Positions 27,160 to 41,168 are shown, numbered from the stretch's first letter. The stretch: 64,000 bases of DNA from Octopus vulgaris (GCA_951406725.2 OX597818.1:65844001-65908000); one strand, 5' to 3'. Notes: generated by a model from the letters alone, not told the origin. Made by a program: numbers and translations.

Positions 27160-27183
27160 CATTATTATTATTACCATCATTAT
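26780..27183. repeat. (GTT)/(CTT)/(TTA)n compound trinucleotide tract
   Basis: Directly visible. Confidence 0.95.
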
Positions 27184-28776
27184 TGCAGCCTGTGATTTAG
27201 AAGCAGTGTGTACTCAACGCAAAGTCCGTGCCGTTCGCGGAATGAATGTTGTGCTAAATACCATTCCGATAACAAGTAACACAAGGTTAAAATGTAACAA
27301 GCAATGCAATAATTTTCCGAACAAAGAAACATGTTCTAACAACGAATACGATCAATAAACCACCGCCATCACAAGCGTCTTTCTTATATACAGCGGCCAT
27401 ATGTAAATAACCCTCCTCACCGCTCGTTCATTGTGATTCATATTGTTTTGACGAAACAGTCTTTATTCTTTGACATCTATTGACCACACATCTTATCTCT
27501 CCAGAGGATTAGATTCTAGTCTTTCTTGCATTAATCAAAATCATTTGATAAAATTAATTATTCCATCATGCTATTACTAAGAATTTACAAAAAGACGAGG
27601 TCACGCTCGGTATTATAAGTCATGCCTCTTGCTAGGGACAATTATCAAACATGCAAGCAAAGTCCATCCTATTATCCTAACTGTTAATTTAGTGAGAATA
27701 AATTATGAATGCCATCTTTTATGAATAATTCCTACACTTTCAACATCACTTGGGAAATTAGTTAAAACCTGATTTGTTTAAGTAATTAAAGTATTAGGAA
27801 AATAACAGAACGAATTTGTTACTTTTTGATATCTGCGTTTCTCTGTGTGTATTTGACCGTTTTTGTTATCTCCAGCGTGAATATGTTTGTTTGTGTGTGT
27901 GTGTGTATATGAGTGCATGCATCTATATCGGTGTATGTGTATGTGTGTGTGTTTGAATATGTTCGTATTTGTATAATTCAATTGATTTGTTAAATCGACT
28001 GACTCATTTGGCTCGCCAAAGTCTTTGTTAAACTATCAAAGTAAAACACCGCTGGAGTTAAAATCTAAAATCACAATCGGAGAGATCAAATGAAGTCGAA
28101 ACATAACAAATACCATTCTCATTATGAATAAATGATTTATCATATCACACACACACATGGACATTCATTACCAAACATCATAACAACAACTATAACCAGA
28201 GACAGCAGCAGCAGTAGCAACAATACCTAAATTTTCATATATTTACATAGAAAGTGATGTATTCCTACTTTCTATTGAATAATATGATTTTATAGTTATT
28301 TTGTACTTTTATCAACAATTTTTTTCATAAAAATATGAAAAAAATATTTAAAAGTATACAGAAAATCACTCAAAATTGATTGTCTGCTTTGAAGATTTGA
28401 AATAAAATTTACTTTACAATCACAACGGTTCAAAATAGACCTTTCTGAATATACCATTCAAAGAGCAGAAGAATTATTCTAGTATGTCATTCGCGGATTG
28501 TTTTAGTTTGTTTTTATTGTTATTTTATCATTGTTATTCATTTCCTAGAAATGTTTAAATGTTTTGAAGCATTTAGTCACGCTCCAAAACAGCCAACCAA
28601 ACTAGAGATACGTAACTTATTTCTTCCGATAGACTTTGATAATTTTACTCTTCACTACAGTTAATCAATAAAACAATTTATATATGTGCATGTTAGTGAT
28701 TCTTTACTTTCAGAATCTGTGTGTAAGTAAGAGTGGATACATATGTATATACATACATCCATACATACACATACAA

Positions 28777-28811
<35 letters not shown>

Positions 28812-31021
28812 CACTCGTATGTATATGTATATAAGTATGTATACAAAAACACCACACACCATATATATATATATGTGAGAAAGAAATGCATAGAAAACGT
28901 GGCACGTATATTATTTTATAGATACATTTGAAGCTAAAAGAATACGGACATGGTAGTGAGGTTTTGTATGTGTGTATGTGTACGTGTTCGCGGGCGCATG
29001 CACGTGTGTGTGTTTGAAAACGATGTTTGTGTGTTCAATATTTGCTGAAAGAAATACAGAGTTGATTTATTTATACTGATTGAATCTCTGAAATGCATTC
29101 AACCCCCTTCTCCAATCACAATCATATCGATAACTTCTGTAAAGTTGCACAAGTCTCTTATGCGTAAGATGTCGAAAAGATTGCAGAGCCGATTAAATTG
29201 AATGTTTTGCCCAACCAAAACACCCGCCACCCGAGCCTGGAATAGCATGCAATGTCTAGCGTACGTGGAAGCAGTACCACCGATATACATACTACTGCAG
29301 TTTTTTTGTAGGTTCTTCACCTTCACCGTTATAGCATTTAAAGAGATGGACGAAGTCGCACAAGACTATCTCTGTATTCAAAGAACTGGAATTGGTTGGA
29401 AATGTTACAGGTCGAACCAGATGCTCCTTCAGTTGAAAGCTTATTGTTTTTACATAAACGTCTGTTTATATGTGAATGTACATATATGTATATATATATA
29501 TATATTGACAGTTTTTGGTTTATAGTCATGATCTTCTTCTTGCTGTTGTATATATATATATACACAAACATATCTACTTATTTTTAATAAAATAGACATA
29601 TACACACACAGATGTATATACACATATATATACACAAATACACATATATATATGTATATATATATATATATATGTTTAAAATAAATATGCATACACTCAC
29701 GCGCCAGCGCACATATACATTTATAGAGAGAATGAGAGAGAAGTAGATAGATATCCTGATAGATGTAGATAGATATATAAATAGATTGATAGATACGTAC
29801 ATATACTATATATGCATATATATAAATAGTTATATATAACTTTATACGTCTGCGTATAAATATGTGCCTTTGTTTGTGTCCCTGTGCGTGTATGTATATA
29901 TATATGTGTGTGCAAGTAGAGTCTATGATGTCGCGTGATGAACAAAACAACAGCGAACAAGAAAGGAAACGACGCAATAGATAATATCGTCACGATACAA
30001 GGCATTAACAAGAAAACAAGGACGATAATTGTCACGTCTGTTTTTCCTGTTAATCACAGAGCAAATTTACCAGAGCTGACCTAGGCGTTCGGGAGGACAA
30101 CAACAGCAAGAAAAAGATCATGATTATAAACCGAAAACAGTCAATATTCAAGCATTTAAACAAGCGCGTTTTAAAAGTTTTTTCATTCATGACGCCATTT
30201 TTCAATAAGAGATATTTCGCGGTTCCCGGTATTAAATACGACGTATCACGTTGTATATTGTGCGTTGTGAAATAACATATAAACTGAAATTCCAGTGTTT
30301 CACCTCCATCTAGGGTCAGGACACACAGTTTAAAAAAAACGTGAATTTAAAGGCTGCTTCTTGACTTAGTCCACAAGTATATAATACAATTTCCTATTTC
30401 AAATTAAACACAGAGAATATGTTGGCAAATACAAAAGTCGTATTGTATTTTTTTTAACACAATGCACGTTTTACTCATAAAAGTCAATGAACTTTTGTGA
30501 TTGTCAGACCTCTGTCATTTGTATTTAGTTATATTTGATCTATCGATGTATTAGGTGTGGATTATAAACATCCGATTTAAGTGGAATAGTAATAATTAAT
30601 AAAGCTATATTCACGGCGATACGATTATCCGATTATCATCATTATTTTATATCAATTAGAAAGCAAATATAATATATATATATATATATATATTTACGCG
30701 CGCGTGCGGGCACGCACACGCACTTTAACACACACACGCACGCACACTGCACACATATATTATTCTAAAAGAAAATTATGTTTGACAATGACTTCGAATT
30801 TGCCTCTTGTTAAACCATCGACTCACTTTCATGCATTGAAGTTACATTTGTTTTTAAATTATCTATTTTGAACTGTAAAGCTCAAGATAAACACGGCCTA
30901 TTCTATCACCGCCGTGTCATGCCTGGCAAATAGCTCCCACCTTCTGAACAATAGATGGAAAATACTCTAAATAACAGTAACAATAGGGTAAGAAGCTGAC
31001 TGGCAGAAACATATCACTTAC

Positions 31022-31241
31022 CCCTTTAGCGTTCATATTAATTTGTCAAAAATAATCCTTATTTATTCACATTTAAAAAAATTTATCTGATATTATTTTG
31101 TAGCTTCAAGATAGGAAAGATGTAATTGCTTATTTTTAGAATGACATTGCAGGGTAGGTGTGAGATGCATGTTCTGGCCAGTTTGAGCATAAAATGTGTA
31201 GAATATTTGGGCCGGATATAGCCGGTTTAAACACTAAAGGG
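31022..31241. mobile_element. piggyBac-like MITE
   Basis: TIRs ccctttagcgtt / aacactaaaggg, flanked on both sides by TTAC. Confidence 0.7.
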
Positions 31242-31330
31242 TTACATCTATTTCTGAGAGTCTAAAATATCCCATTACAGAAATGTTGGCTCTGTCAATT
31301 ACAAATAGAAAGGTCGACAGTACGAAGTCC

Positions 31331-31432
31331 ACATTATTTACATTATTTACATTTCACGGTTATTTGTCCTCATCTTCTTTCGGCTGATATACCCTACAGT
31401 CTTCATCAGATCACATGGGTAATTTCGAACCT
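31331..31432 (-). mobile_element. Hammerhead module (CUGAUGA core, deletion after GAAA)
   Basis: CTGATGA-a-gactg/tagggtatat/cagcc-GAAA, then gaagatgaggacaaataaccgtgaaatgtaaataatgt; homologous to about 20492-20612. Confidence 0.65.
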
Positions 31433-31507
31433 CTGCATATGGCATAGTGGCTAAGAGCGCGGGTTACTAACCCCAAGATTCTGAGTTCGATTCCAGGCAG
31501 TGACCTA

Positions 31508-31537
<30 letters not shown>
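31433..31537 (+). mobile_element. tRNA-like SINE head followed by (AAT)n
   Basis: A-box tggcatagtgg, anticodon-like arm ggg-ttactaa-ccc, B-box gagttcgattc; no acceptor stem closure. Confidence 0.7.
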
Positions 31538-31538
<1 letters not shown>

Positions 31539-31818
31539 GGGGATTAAATACTATAAAAACCTAAAATAGCGGAAACTACTAGCACAGCCTAAAACTACCT
31601 ATCAAAGGAGATATATTTTATTATGCACACCTGCTTACCAAGTCCTACATACATAGATAAATTTTAAATAATACCTTACCCTAAATTTAATCACTAATTT
31701 TTTCCCCAAACACCTTCCATTTCGTCCCTTCTCATCTTATTATCATTCCACACACATCTAAATACAGAAGGAACATTTTAACGCACACCTTATAATCAAA
31801 AGTTGAATTCTATGAAAT

Positions 31819-31863
31819 ATAGTGTGTTGATGGCTTAATTGGCCGAAACCCCGAAGTCACTGT
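31819..31863 (+). ncRNA. Decayed minimal hammerhead-like motif
   Basis: atagt-GTGTTGA-t-ggc/ttaattg/gcc-GAAAC-cccgaa-GTC-actgt. Confidence 0.5.
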
Positions 31864-32424
31864 CAATATTTTTTGAAGTCTGCAGAAATCAACCGAAGTG
31901 TATTTTGGCAATTTAAATAAGATTCTTATTTCCAGCAACTAAATATACTCTAGTATGTCCTTTGATTAATTTTAATCCTTCAGTTATTTAATGCCCTTTT
32001 TTTGGCCATGCAGTGGCCTATATGATTGATTCTGTTATTATCATTTTTAAGATAGTTACATTGGATAATAACAAAATTAATATCTTTGCAAATTAAGTTT
32101 TCCTGAATTATTTTTCTCGTGAATTGTTTGCCCCTGTATCGAGATTATTTCCATACTGGTGGCTGCAATCATTTCAGCGCAAAACGAATCAGCTGCAGCG
32201 CAGATTTCAAAACAATAGGTTGGAAGACTCTATCATGGTAATGCGTGACGAAGGGGCTAAGACTATTTTTGCCAGTGCAGAAATCGGTCCACGCGAGACC
32301 AAATAATTAAATGTACGTAGGAAGATTGTCTTAAACTGATTTGCCTTCGGTTGATTTCTGTAGTTATCATCCGTGTATTTTGACGATTTTATATAATTGT
32401 GTGTATGTATATATGTATATATAT

Positions 32425-32515
<91 letters not shown>

Positions 32516-33112
32516 TAGATATTTATATATATATATATATAGATATATATATATATATATAAAGATAGATAGTTATAGACAGATAGACAGACAGACAAAT
32601 ATACGACAGGTCACTTGATGATTTCTCTTTATTATATTCATCCACAGTGTATATGTCGACCCATGAGTGTCGCACAAGATGCTGTGCGTTTGGAAAGAAC
32701 CCGAAACCTCGTGCTTGGCAAAGGAGACTGATTTATGCACACCCTAAACATTATGCGTTTTCACTTTGTATCGTTTGTTTTGTTTTTCCCTTTAATAAAG
32801 GATATATCCGTATTTCTTAGTTACGCAGATCAAACAATTAAGAGGTCTTTATTTCAAATATCTATGAAGAAGCTGATGAAAATAAGTCATGAATTAAACT
32901 GCTTTTGCCGAAACGGATTAGCAAGCAAATCCACGTGATCCGTATTTAATGTAACATAACAATAAACTCCCTGCTGTAAGAATAATTTACTGTTTTGTAT
33001 GCAGCTGTATTAAAAAAAATAATGATATAGGTCTTCGTCATGTCCTTTTCTACGCTTCACGATAAGAGAAGTAATTGGAGAATATATTATTAACGTTTCA
33101 ATTTATTGTATG

Positions 33113-33312
33113 TGGAGGCGCGTTGCTTAGTGGTTAGGGTGTCAGCGTCATGATCATAAGACTGGTTTGCTCCAGTCCACTCAGCAGGCAAAAATGAGAA
33201 ACGTTGTGAAGGACTGGCGTCCCATCCAGATTCGGAGCACATACGCCATGGAAACCAGGAAACGGGCCCATGAGCCTGGCTAGGCTTTAAAAGGGCGCAT
33301 TTATTTATTTAT
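33113..33312 (+). mobile_element. Internally deleted SINE with C-like head and Meta/V-like domain
   Basis: gtggaggcgc..tagtggttaggg head; ggactggcgtcccatccag..ggaaaccaggaaacgggcccatgagcc. Confidence 0.65.
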
Positions 33313-33536
33313 TTTTACTTTATGGGTGGAGTAAGCTAAAAATCCATTCCAGTTAAGGGAGAAGATTGGAAGCGTTTTGGTATAGAGCACGCCTTGCAAT
33401 CCACAAGCAGGTTCGGTGTAACGCTTGAGAATAGATCAATGTGTATATATGGATGTATATATTCATATATTCATACATACATGCATGCATACACACACAT
33501 GCATATATATATATATATAGATAGATAGATACATAC

Positions 33537-33653
<117 letters not shown>

Positions 33654-33687
33654 TATATATATATAGATATAGATATAGATATATATT

Positions 33688-33800
33688 GGCCTGCTCGCTT
33701 AGCCAGCGGGGTGGCGTCGTTTGAAGGCTAAAACAATGCGAAGCGCTTTGTGACCAGCGATGTATAGCAACATCTGATAGCCTGGTCGGTCACTGGATAT
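33688..33800. repeat. Short GC-richer retroposon-like fragment next to (TA)n
   Basis: Compositionally distinct block with a small hairpin (gtgacc...ggtcac); family uncertain. Confidence 0.35.
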
Positions 33801-34473
33801 AACTCACAAGAAAAGTTATTATATACAGTAAGAATATAAATGGGGCAGGTTTCTTTTATAAAGAAGAACAATTTCAAAATGGATGATGCATATCCAAAAC
33901 AAGTTGAAGTGGAAAAAATCAGAGTTGGATGTACGTAGCATACCTTGGGAAGAGCGACTTTTGCGAAAATTGGGAGTAAAATCTAATGTCCTTATTTGTC
34001 ACCGTCTTTCTTGCATTCATTCCCTTTTAAATTGTTTCTTCTAACGAAGCCTCATAATATTCACCATCCATACACTTAAACACACAAACACACAAACACA
34101 CGCCTATAATAACATACATATGTAAACACATATATAGATTCAAAACAACAGTGCACAGTCACGTTTCAATTCAACTCCACATTTCTTCAAATAACATATT
34201 TAATGTGTAAATTTTCTGTAGAAATTATCTTTCCTGATGAAACTCTGAAACGAAATGAAAACATTAAATAAATAAGCATCTAAAAATTCTGAATACCTCC
34301 ATTTCCTTCATATACACAATCTGTGCACCACGTTTAACAATCTACACACGTACGCATACACACACAAACACACACACAATCGTTAGAAACTCGCCTCAAT
34401 TATTGTTTATGTTCTTTTTTCCTTTTTCATGTTTTTTCCTCCTTCCTTGTGCTACATTTATATTATTTTAATA

Positions 34474-34779
34474 TGTTTGTTCCTTCTCGAGCCATGCTTG
34501 GCTCATAAGATCCGGTTTCCCGGTTCCATTGGCGTAAAGGTTCCCCACCTGGACGGGACGCCGGTCCGTCGCAGGTGAGCTGCAAGATTCAGGGGGAAAG
34601 AGTGAGAGAACGTTGTGGCGAAATAGTCAGCAGAAGTTTCGCCATTACCTTCTGCCGGAGCCGCGTGGGTCTTAGGTGTTTCGCTCACAAAAACACACAC
34701 ATCGGCCGGTCTGAGATCCGAACCCGCGATCTGTCGTCCGCGAGTCCGCTGCTCTAACCACTAGGCCATGTGCCTCCGC
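34474..34779 (-). mobile_element. Family-C-related SINE, same variant as 25329-25636
   Basis: Reverse complement aligns with 25329-25636 along its length. Confidence 0.88.
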
Positions 34780-35184
34780 TATTGAAAGCTTTTCCTCGAG
34801 CCACACGTCCTTTCCATTTACTGATGGAACTTCTCTCTTTCTACTTACCCTCTCTCCTGTACACTGATTTTTCTGCTGCACCCCATTTGTTTTTCCTTAT
34901 ACCATTTTCCAGGTGCCTGCCATTCATTACATGTTATCTACGTTTCACATTACTCATCATTCTACTTATATCTACAAACCGACCCTGGTTTATTTCTTGA
35001 TTTACTAATTATATCTACCTTTCCATTCTCTACCTACCTTGGGATTCTCGCCTACTTTTACCTTCCATCGTTTGACCTTTCAATCTTCTGTATTCCGTTG
35101 TTCGTTTCCTCCATTACAACTCTCACTAATATCTGTAAGGCTCTTCATCTCCCCCCTCTCTGTCTGTTTGTCTGTCTGTCTGTA

Positions 35185-35215
<31 letters not shown>

Positions 35216-36570
35216 CAGGCTTCCTCTTTCACCGGAAAATATACCACGTGATCATCTCGTTTTAAATTATTTATCCTTTCCCCATTTAGCCCTGTGAATC
35301 TTAGAAGTTTTTCAAGATCCGCAATTGTCTAAGAGCTTAAATATAATCGTGACGCTGGTTCCTCGTACTGCAGTAAGTGTATATATTTTCGTAAAATGTG
35401 TATATATTATCCTATTGCTGAAAGAATCACCATTTTTTCTATCAGGATTATATCAGACGACGCGTCATTTTTGTCGCATTGTCGAAAAATAATCCTTGTG
35501 TGATACAATTTCACTGTAACGTTCATTATGTCCTTGTTAACGTCCTTCTATATTTCATATATCTTTCGCTTCAGAGCTCGTCCTTATCTACCGACATGTG
35601 TAGGCTTTCCATACTTTTTTGTCACATTGTTGATTTCATCCTGTTCATATTCGTCTGCGATGGCCTACAGTTATAAGAACTCGTTTCACCGCCAAATCGA
35701 ATTAAATTAGTGGAAGATATCGACAGACGATAGGGTTGACTCTGTCCGTTTCTACTGCGTGCATTTTTTTCTTTTTCTCATTTTGTTCTTTTGTCGTTCT
35801 CCTGTGCTACATTCTAATTGTATAATTATATGTAAATGCATAATTACATATACATAAATACATATGCATATATATTTTAGTTCATAATAAATAAATAAAT
35901 ATATATATATATGTATGAAAATATATGATGCATAGAGAATATGATATATACCTATACACATAATGCATCCTTACACACATACATATGAATATGTGTGTGT
36001 GAGTGTATGGATAGTTGTTTGTATATGCACTGTATATAAGACAATGTAGGTGTACATACATCTATGTAGATGCATATACACACAAGGTGATTATCACCTA
36101 TAAGAATATAATTCTTGTAACGAATATAAAGTAAATCATATGGAATATGAGCCGATGCCTTAAGAAGCAAAGAATCCACCGTGAATTTCTCGTGAAACAA
36201 TATATATATATGAAATAGAATATATTCTTATGAGTTTGTTGTTGTATGGCGTGTGAGGTGTTTTAGTATGTGTGATTGAATAGATAGTCAGTAGTTCATT
36301 ATATCTCATATTTCAGATATTCCTGCTATTCCACTAATTTGTTTACAGCTCTGTTTCTTTAGTTCACTTCCCTTGAAGCTAAAACAGATCTTTCTCGTCT
36401 CATAGTTTCTCTTATATATCTTTTAGTGTTAAATCTCACTTATTTGAGATTCTAGTTTACGACTTTGTAAAATATGTACCTCGTAAGAATAGACAAACTA
36501 ATCATATAGAATTCAGCATATCTACCTACTTTTTAAAGATTAGGATTACTAAAAGATATTTTGAAATTCT

Positions 36571-36930
36571 GTTACTCTTTTACTTGTTTCAGTCATTTGA
36601 CTGCGGCCATGCTGGAGCACTTTCTTTAGTCGAACACGTCGACACCCAAGACTTATTACTTATACTATCGGTCTCTTTTATCGAACCGCTTAGTTACGGT
36701 GACGTAAACACAGCAACATCGGTGTCAAGCGATGGTGGTGGGACGAACACAGACATACAAATACATACACATATACATACGGTCGGCTTCTTTCAGCTTC
36801 CGTACGCCAAATTCATTGACAAGGCTTTGGTGGACGGGGCTCTAGTAGGAGACACTTGTTGAAGGTGACACGCAGTGGGACTGAACCCGAAACCATGCCG
36901 TTAGGAAGAAAATATTTTACCACACAACCA
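36571..36930 (-). mobile_element. Family-B SINE, diverged
   Basis: cttgtttcagtcatttgactgcggccatgctggagcac tail through gtgggactgaaccc head. Confidence 0.85.
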
Positions 36931-37202
36931 TTCTTTCGCTTGTTGGTTATTTTTGAATTTTTATTTACGGCATCTGGGATTGACATGAAACAAATGGTAT
37001 TCAACAAGCAATTAAAAAAAAACATATTTGATCTAAGTCTGAAGATAAATCTCATTGTATTTAGTACTATTTTAGAGCAAACAGATATGAAGGCATGTGG
37101 CCCAGTGGTGGCTAGACCGTGGCTGTTTTCGAAAAAAGAAGACTATTTCGACTTAGGAAACGTTTAGTAATTTACTTCTGAGTCGATATACATCTAATTC
37201 AA

Positions 37203-37586
37203 AAATGCGGTGAGCTGGCAGAACCGTTAGCACTCCGGGCGAAATGAGTAGCCATATTTCGTCTGCCATTACGTTCTGAGTTCAAATTCCGCCGAGGTCG
37301 ACTTTGCCTTTCATCCTTTCGGGGTCGATAAATTAAGTACCAGTTACGCCCTGGGGTCGATGTAATCGACGTAATCCGTTTGTATGCTTTTGTTTGCCAC
37401 CTGTATGTTTAGCCCCTTGTGGGTGATAAAGAAACAGATATACATCTAATTCAATTTCCGCCAGGGTCGACTTTGCTTTCTTCCATTCGGTGTCGATGAA
37501 TTAATTACCAGTTGTGTACTGGGGTCGATGTAATCGACTGGCCTCCCCCCAAAAAATTTCGGGTCTTGTGCCTAGAATAGAAAAGC
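37203..37586 (+). mobile_element. Family-A SINE plus a 5'-truncated second unit, separated by a copy of the target sequence
   Basis: Full unit about 37203-37437, second unit about 37456-37585; atatacatctaat occurs before, between and after. Confidence 0.88.
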
Positions 37587-38310
37587 ATATACATCTAATA
37601 ACATTTTAATGTTAAATTTAGGTTCCTACGGAGGAAAGTATTTCACATTTACTCGGATTGCTTACCATGTATATATTAGGAATTCACTTTACGGTATGAC
37701 ATATATTGATTAAAATTATTATTTATGATATATTCGTTTGAAACGAAGTATATTTCAATGAAAAGAGCATTAAATTGCCAATCCTTGAAAAATAGAATAA
37801 TCAATATTTTAGCATGGTTTTTACTGTAGCTTATTATATAAAATTGCAATTCATCTTCTAATTAAAATACTTCATTTATTCAATCTTAGTATAACACCAT
37901 CATAATGCATCGATTATATGCTTGACAATTTCCTTTTAGTAAAAGAACATTTCTGTAATATATAGTTATGCATCAGTGTATACTTGACGGATTACTATAT
38001 ACTTCATGTTAATTAACGTGCATAATACTTCAAAATTAATTATAATTATACTGAGCGTATTAATTGAATAAGATTTTTTTACCTTTGAATGATAAGCTTA
38101 CATAATTAAGCATTCAAAGATGTATAATATTATTATTTATTTCCATCAATGAATGAAGTAAAACAGGTTATTTTCCCATTCGGAATTTACCAATGTGATT
38201 ATATCGAACTAGTTTCATTTCTTTTGTATAGCATTTATAGTGTGTATTTTTGAATTGCGTTTGTATTTTTACAGTTTAAAACTGGCGAAGCTCATAAAAT
38301 CTTATTCATA

Positions 38311-38479
38311 GGCGCAGGAGTGGCTGTGTGGTAAGTAGCTTGCTAACCAACCTCATGGTTCCGGGTTCAGTCCCACTGCGTGGCATCTTGGGCAAGTGTC
38401 TTCTACTATAGCCCCGGGCCGACCAAAGCCTTGTGAGTGGATTTGGAAGACGGAAATTGAAAGAAGCCTGTCGTATATA

Positions 38480-38525
<46 letters not shown>

Positions 38526-38748
38526 CGTGTGTTTGTGTGTCTGTGTTTGTCCCCCCCAACATCGCTTGACAACCGATGCTGGTGTATTTACATCCCCGTA
38601 ACCTAGCGGTTCGGCAATAGAGACCGATAGAATAAGTACTAGGCTTACAAAGAATAAGTCCCGGGGTCGATTTGCTCGACTAAAGGCGGTGCCCCAGCAT
38701 GGCCGCAGTCAAATGACTGAAACAAGTAAAAGAGTAAAAGAGAGAGAG
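38311..38748 (+). mobile_element. Family-B SINE, near consensus
   Basis: Full head, internal microsatellite and 3' tail ending in (gtaaaaga)n. Confidence 0.92.
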
Positions 38749-39319
38749 TAATAATTAAGACAAGATTTAGACTCACGCGTTTTCAAGCCTGCAGCTGACA
38801 AGATTACTTTTCACATTTCACGTGACGAAATTCTCATCCTTTGCATTCTACAAATCATTATTGTTTAAAGAGCGCTTTGTGGTTTCTTGTAATTGTCGTC
38901 TTTGTAAAGTTGTTGAAAGAAACCTCTTTTATGCCACAACAATCTCTTGAGAAATAATTCAATCAGTCGCCTCTCACTAAAAAAGTAGAAAAAGTTTGAA
39001 GAAAAATTATTTACTTACATCATGATGGAATTATTTCAGTATTTCAGAATTATATAAGCTGATATTTTCATTCTGCTAAATTTACACCCGTGCTTCTTTG
39101 GGCAGCTGCAAAAGATTGTAAACGAGACATGCAAAACGAGATGCTTTAAATAATTAATGTTGGTGCAGATGCATACTCTAAATTATACGCTTATTAATAA
39201 ATATGGCGAAAGAATATATTTCCATTAATTGCGAGTGAGCGGTAAGTCGATTACATCGTCCTCCAGTGCTCAACCGGTACTTATTTTATAAATCCCCGAA
39301 AGAAAGAAAAGCAAGGAAA

Positions 39320-39950
39320 ACTGAGATGTCCTCAAATAATCTTTCCTCTACCATTCTTTCATCTTGTATTCATTCATCTTATCTCTTTCACTGATACCCC
39401 GATACTTATATCTTTCCTCTCCGACTTCCTTTACAGCTTCATCACTTTCCAGCCTTATACTGGTTTTCCACCTTTTGAGAATCATTTCACCATATTTCTC
39501 AATCACAAATTCCATGCCAATATATTTGGTAATCATCTGCACATTTGCCCTGAAACTCTCAATTTCTTTCCCAATCTTAGCGAAAAGGTTTTGGTCATCC
39601 ATAAATCACAGTCTCTTTGCTTTCAGTCTGCCTAGCATGTATCCCACACGCATCTTTCTTAAAATGATCGTTAGTGGCATTATGCAGACAACAAATAGGA
39701 GTGGCCACAGACTGCCCACTTGAAAGCTTCTTCTTTTGATACTTACCTCTCCCAGCAAATCTCCTCATGCTGTGAGATCAGTTCGCCACGTTGTCATTGA
39801 GTTTAGCATTAACTTCAGGATATTGTGAGAAATCTTAAGCAATTTAAAGCAGTTAATATTCCACGAGTGTGTGGCCAAACATGTCATATGCTTTCCTGTT
39901 GTCCACGCATGCCATCGCCAAATGTTTGTGTCTTCTAGTCAGTCAGGATA
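39320..39950 (-). mobile_element. Decayed R4/Dong-type LINE RT fragment
   Basis: LAMACVDNRKAYDM / RSFQVGSLWPLLFVVCIMPLT / FMDDQNLFAK..IGMEFVIEKY..LKR..YKYRGI resemble R4/Dong RT motifs. Confidence 0.8.
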
Positions 39951-41168
39951 ATTTTCGTTCCTCTGCTCTCTCGTCTACACCATTTTGTGTTCCACTGGTA
40001 GTAGGTCGTTCCCATCTATGTACTTATAGAGGTTCCGGCCTCATTCACTCCGTTCTCATTTCTGATGGGAATTTTTGGTTGCACAACCACCAGTATTTTT
40101 TCCCGTGACATCATCACTGACAGGATCTCCACCCTAGAGTATAGTATTCCCGTAATCCTTGTTTAAAATCGCCTTCAGTCAAGCAGAGTCGATAAAATGA
40201 AGTAACATTTCAATATTAAATAAACTATTTGCCCTCAAAATTGTTGGTCATTCTTCTAAAACAGAACCTATGGTGCTACTACTGGTCTGATGGTGGATGT
40301 GTTACTGCAGTTGACCATTATGTAATTACTTTTGATGTCGACAAATGTACTGCTTAGATGATCAGATCTTATCGTTCAGTTAAGAGGTAGACGACGTTTG
40401 AAATGATATAACCACTTCTATGGATATTCTGGAAAATTCTGGAGTGTTTGCCATCAAAAGGAACTGAAATTCGTATCATATTTGGTCGACTTCGTATTTT
40501 ATTTTAACATTCAACTGAAGCTGCGTTGCTGCCAAGACGAATACACTTCCTACTCAAAAATCAATTCAGTTACACGGCATCGAAAATACGCACACACACA
40601 CACACACTCTGAACTACACATCCACGCATATACAGATATTCAACACAAAATACACACACAAATTCCCATTCACATACATACACGCAAATACACAGACATA
40701 AAGACACATGTATACACAAACACACACACACAGACACAGTCTCTCTCACATACACACACATAGACACACAAAGAAGAGTCAAATTTAATCGCACATCAGT
40801 ACATAAGCAACCAAGTCGTGAGATAATTTCTTTTTGACAGATTTTAGTAACTTTAATCCGAACATTTCCAACCACAGGATTAACTCGAGCAGCACCGACA
40901 ACAACAACAAGAAGACGAACATCAAGAAAAGCAATAATAACAATGGCAACAGCGACAATAGCAACAATACCATTAATGACGACAAAGCGAAACCACAGGT
41001 TGGACGACTTTTGAAAACCAGAAGCAGAAATCTTAGAGAATTTTGTTTGCTTTTCTTTTTGGTTTCTTTTAAGAAACAAAAAAATGTTATCGTTTAACTC
41101 TTTTGTCATCAAATTGCTTATCAGCGTATCTGATACAGCGAGAACAGCAGCATCAACAGAAGCGTCAC

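Noticed and set aside
31433-31507. Possible tRNA gene (ACT anticodon); other SINE heads likewise
   Set aside because: A and B boxes are present, but there is no acceptor stem and each continues into a repeat body.
34229-34262. CTGATGA-aactct-GAAAC hammerhead candidate
   Set aside because: No convincing stem II pairing or UH plus stem I closure; at most a remnant.
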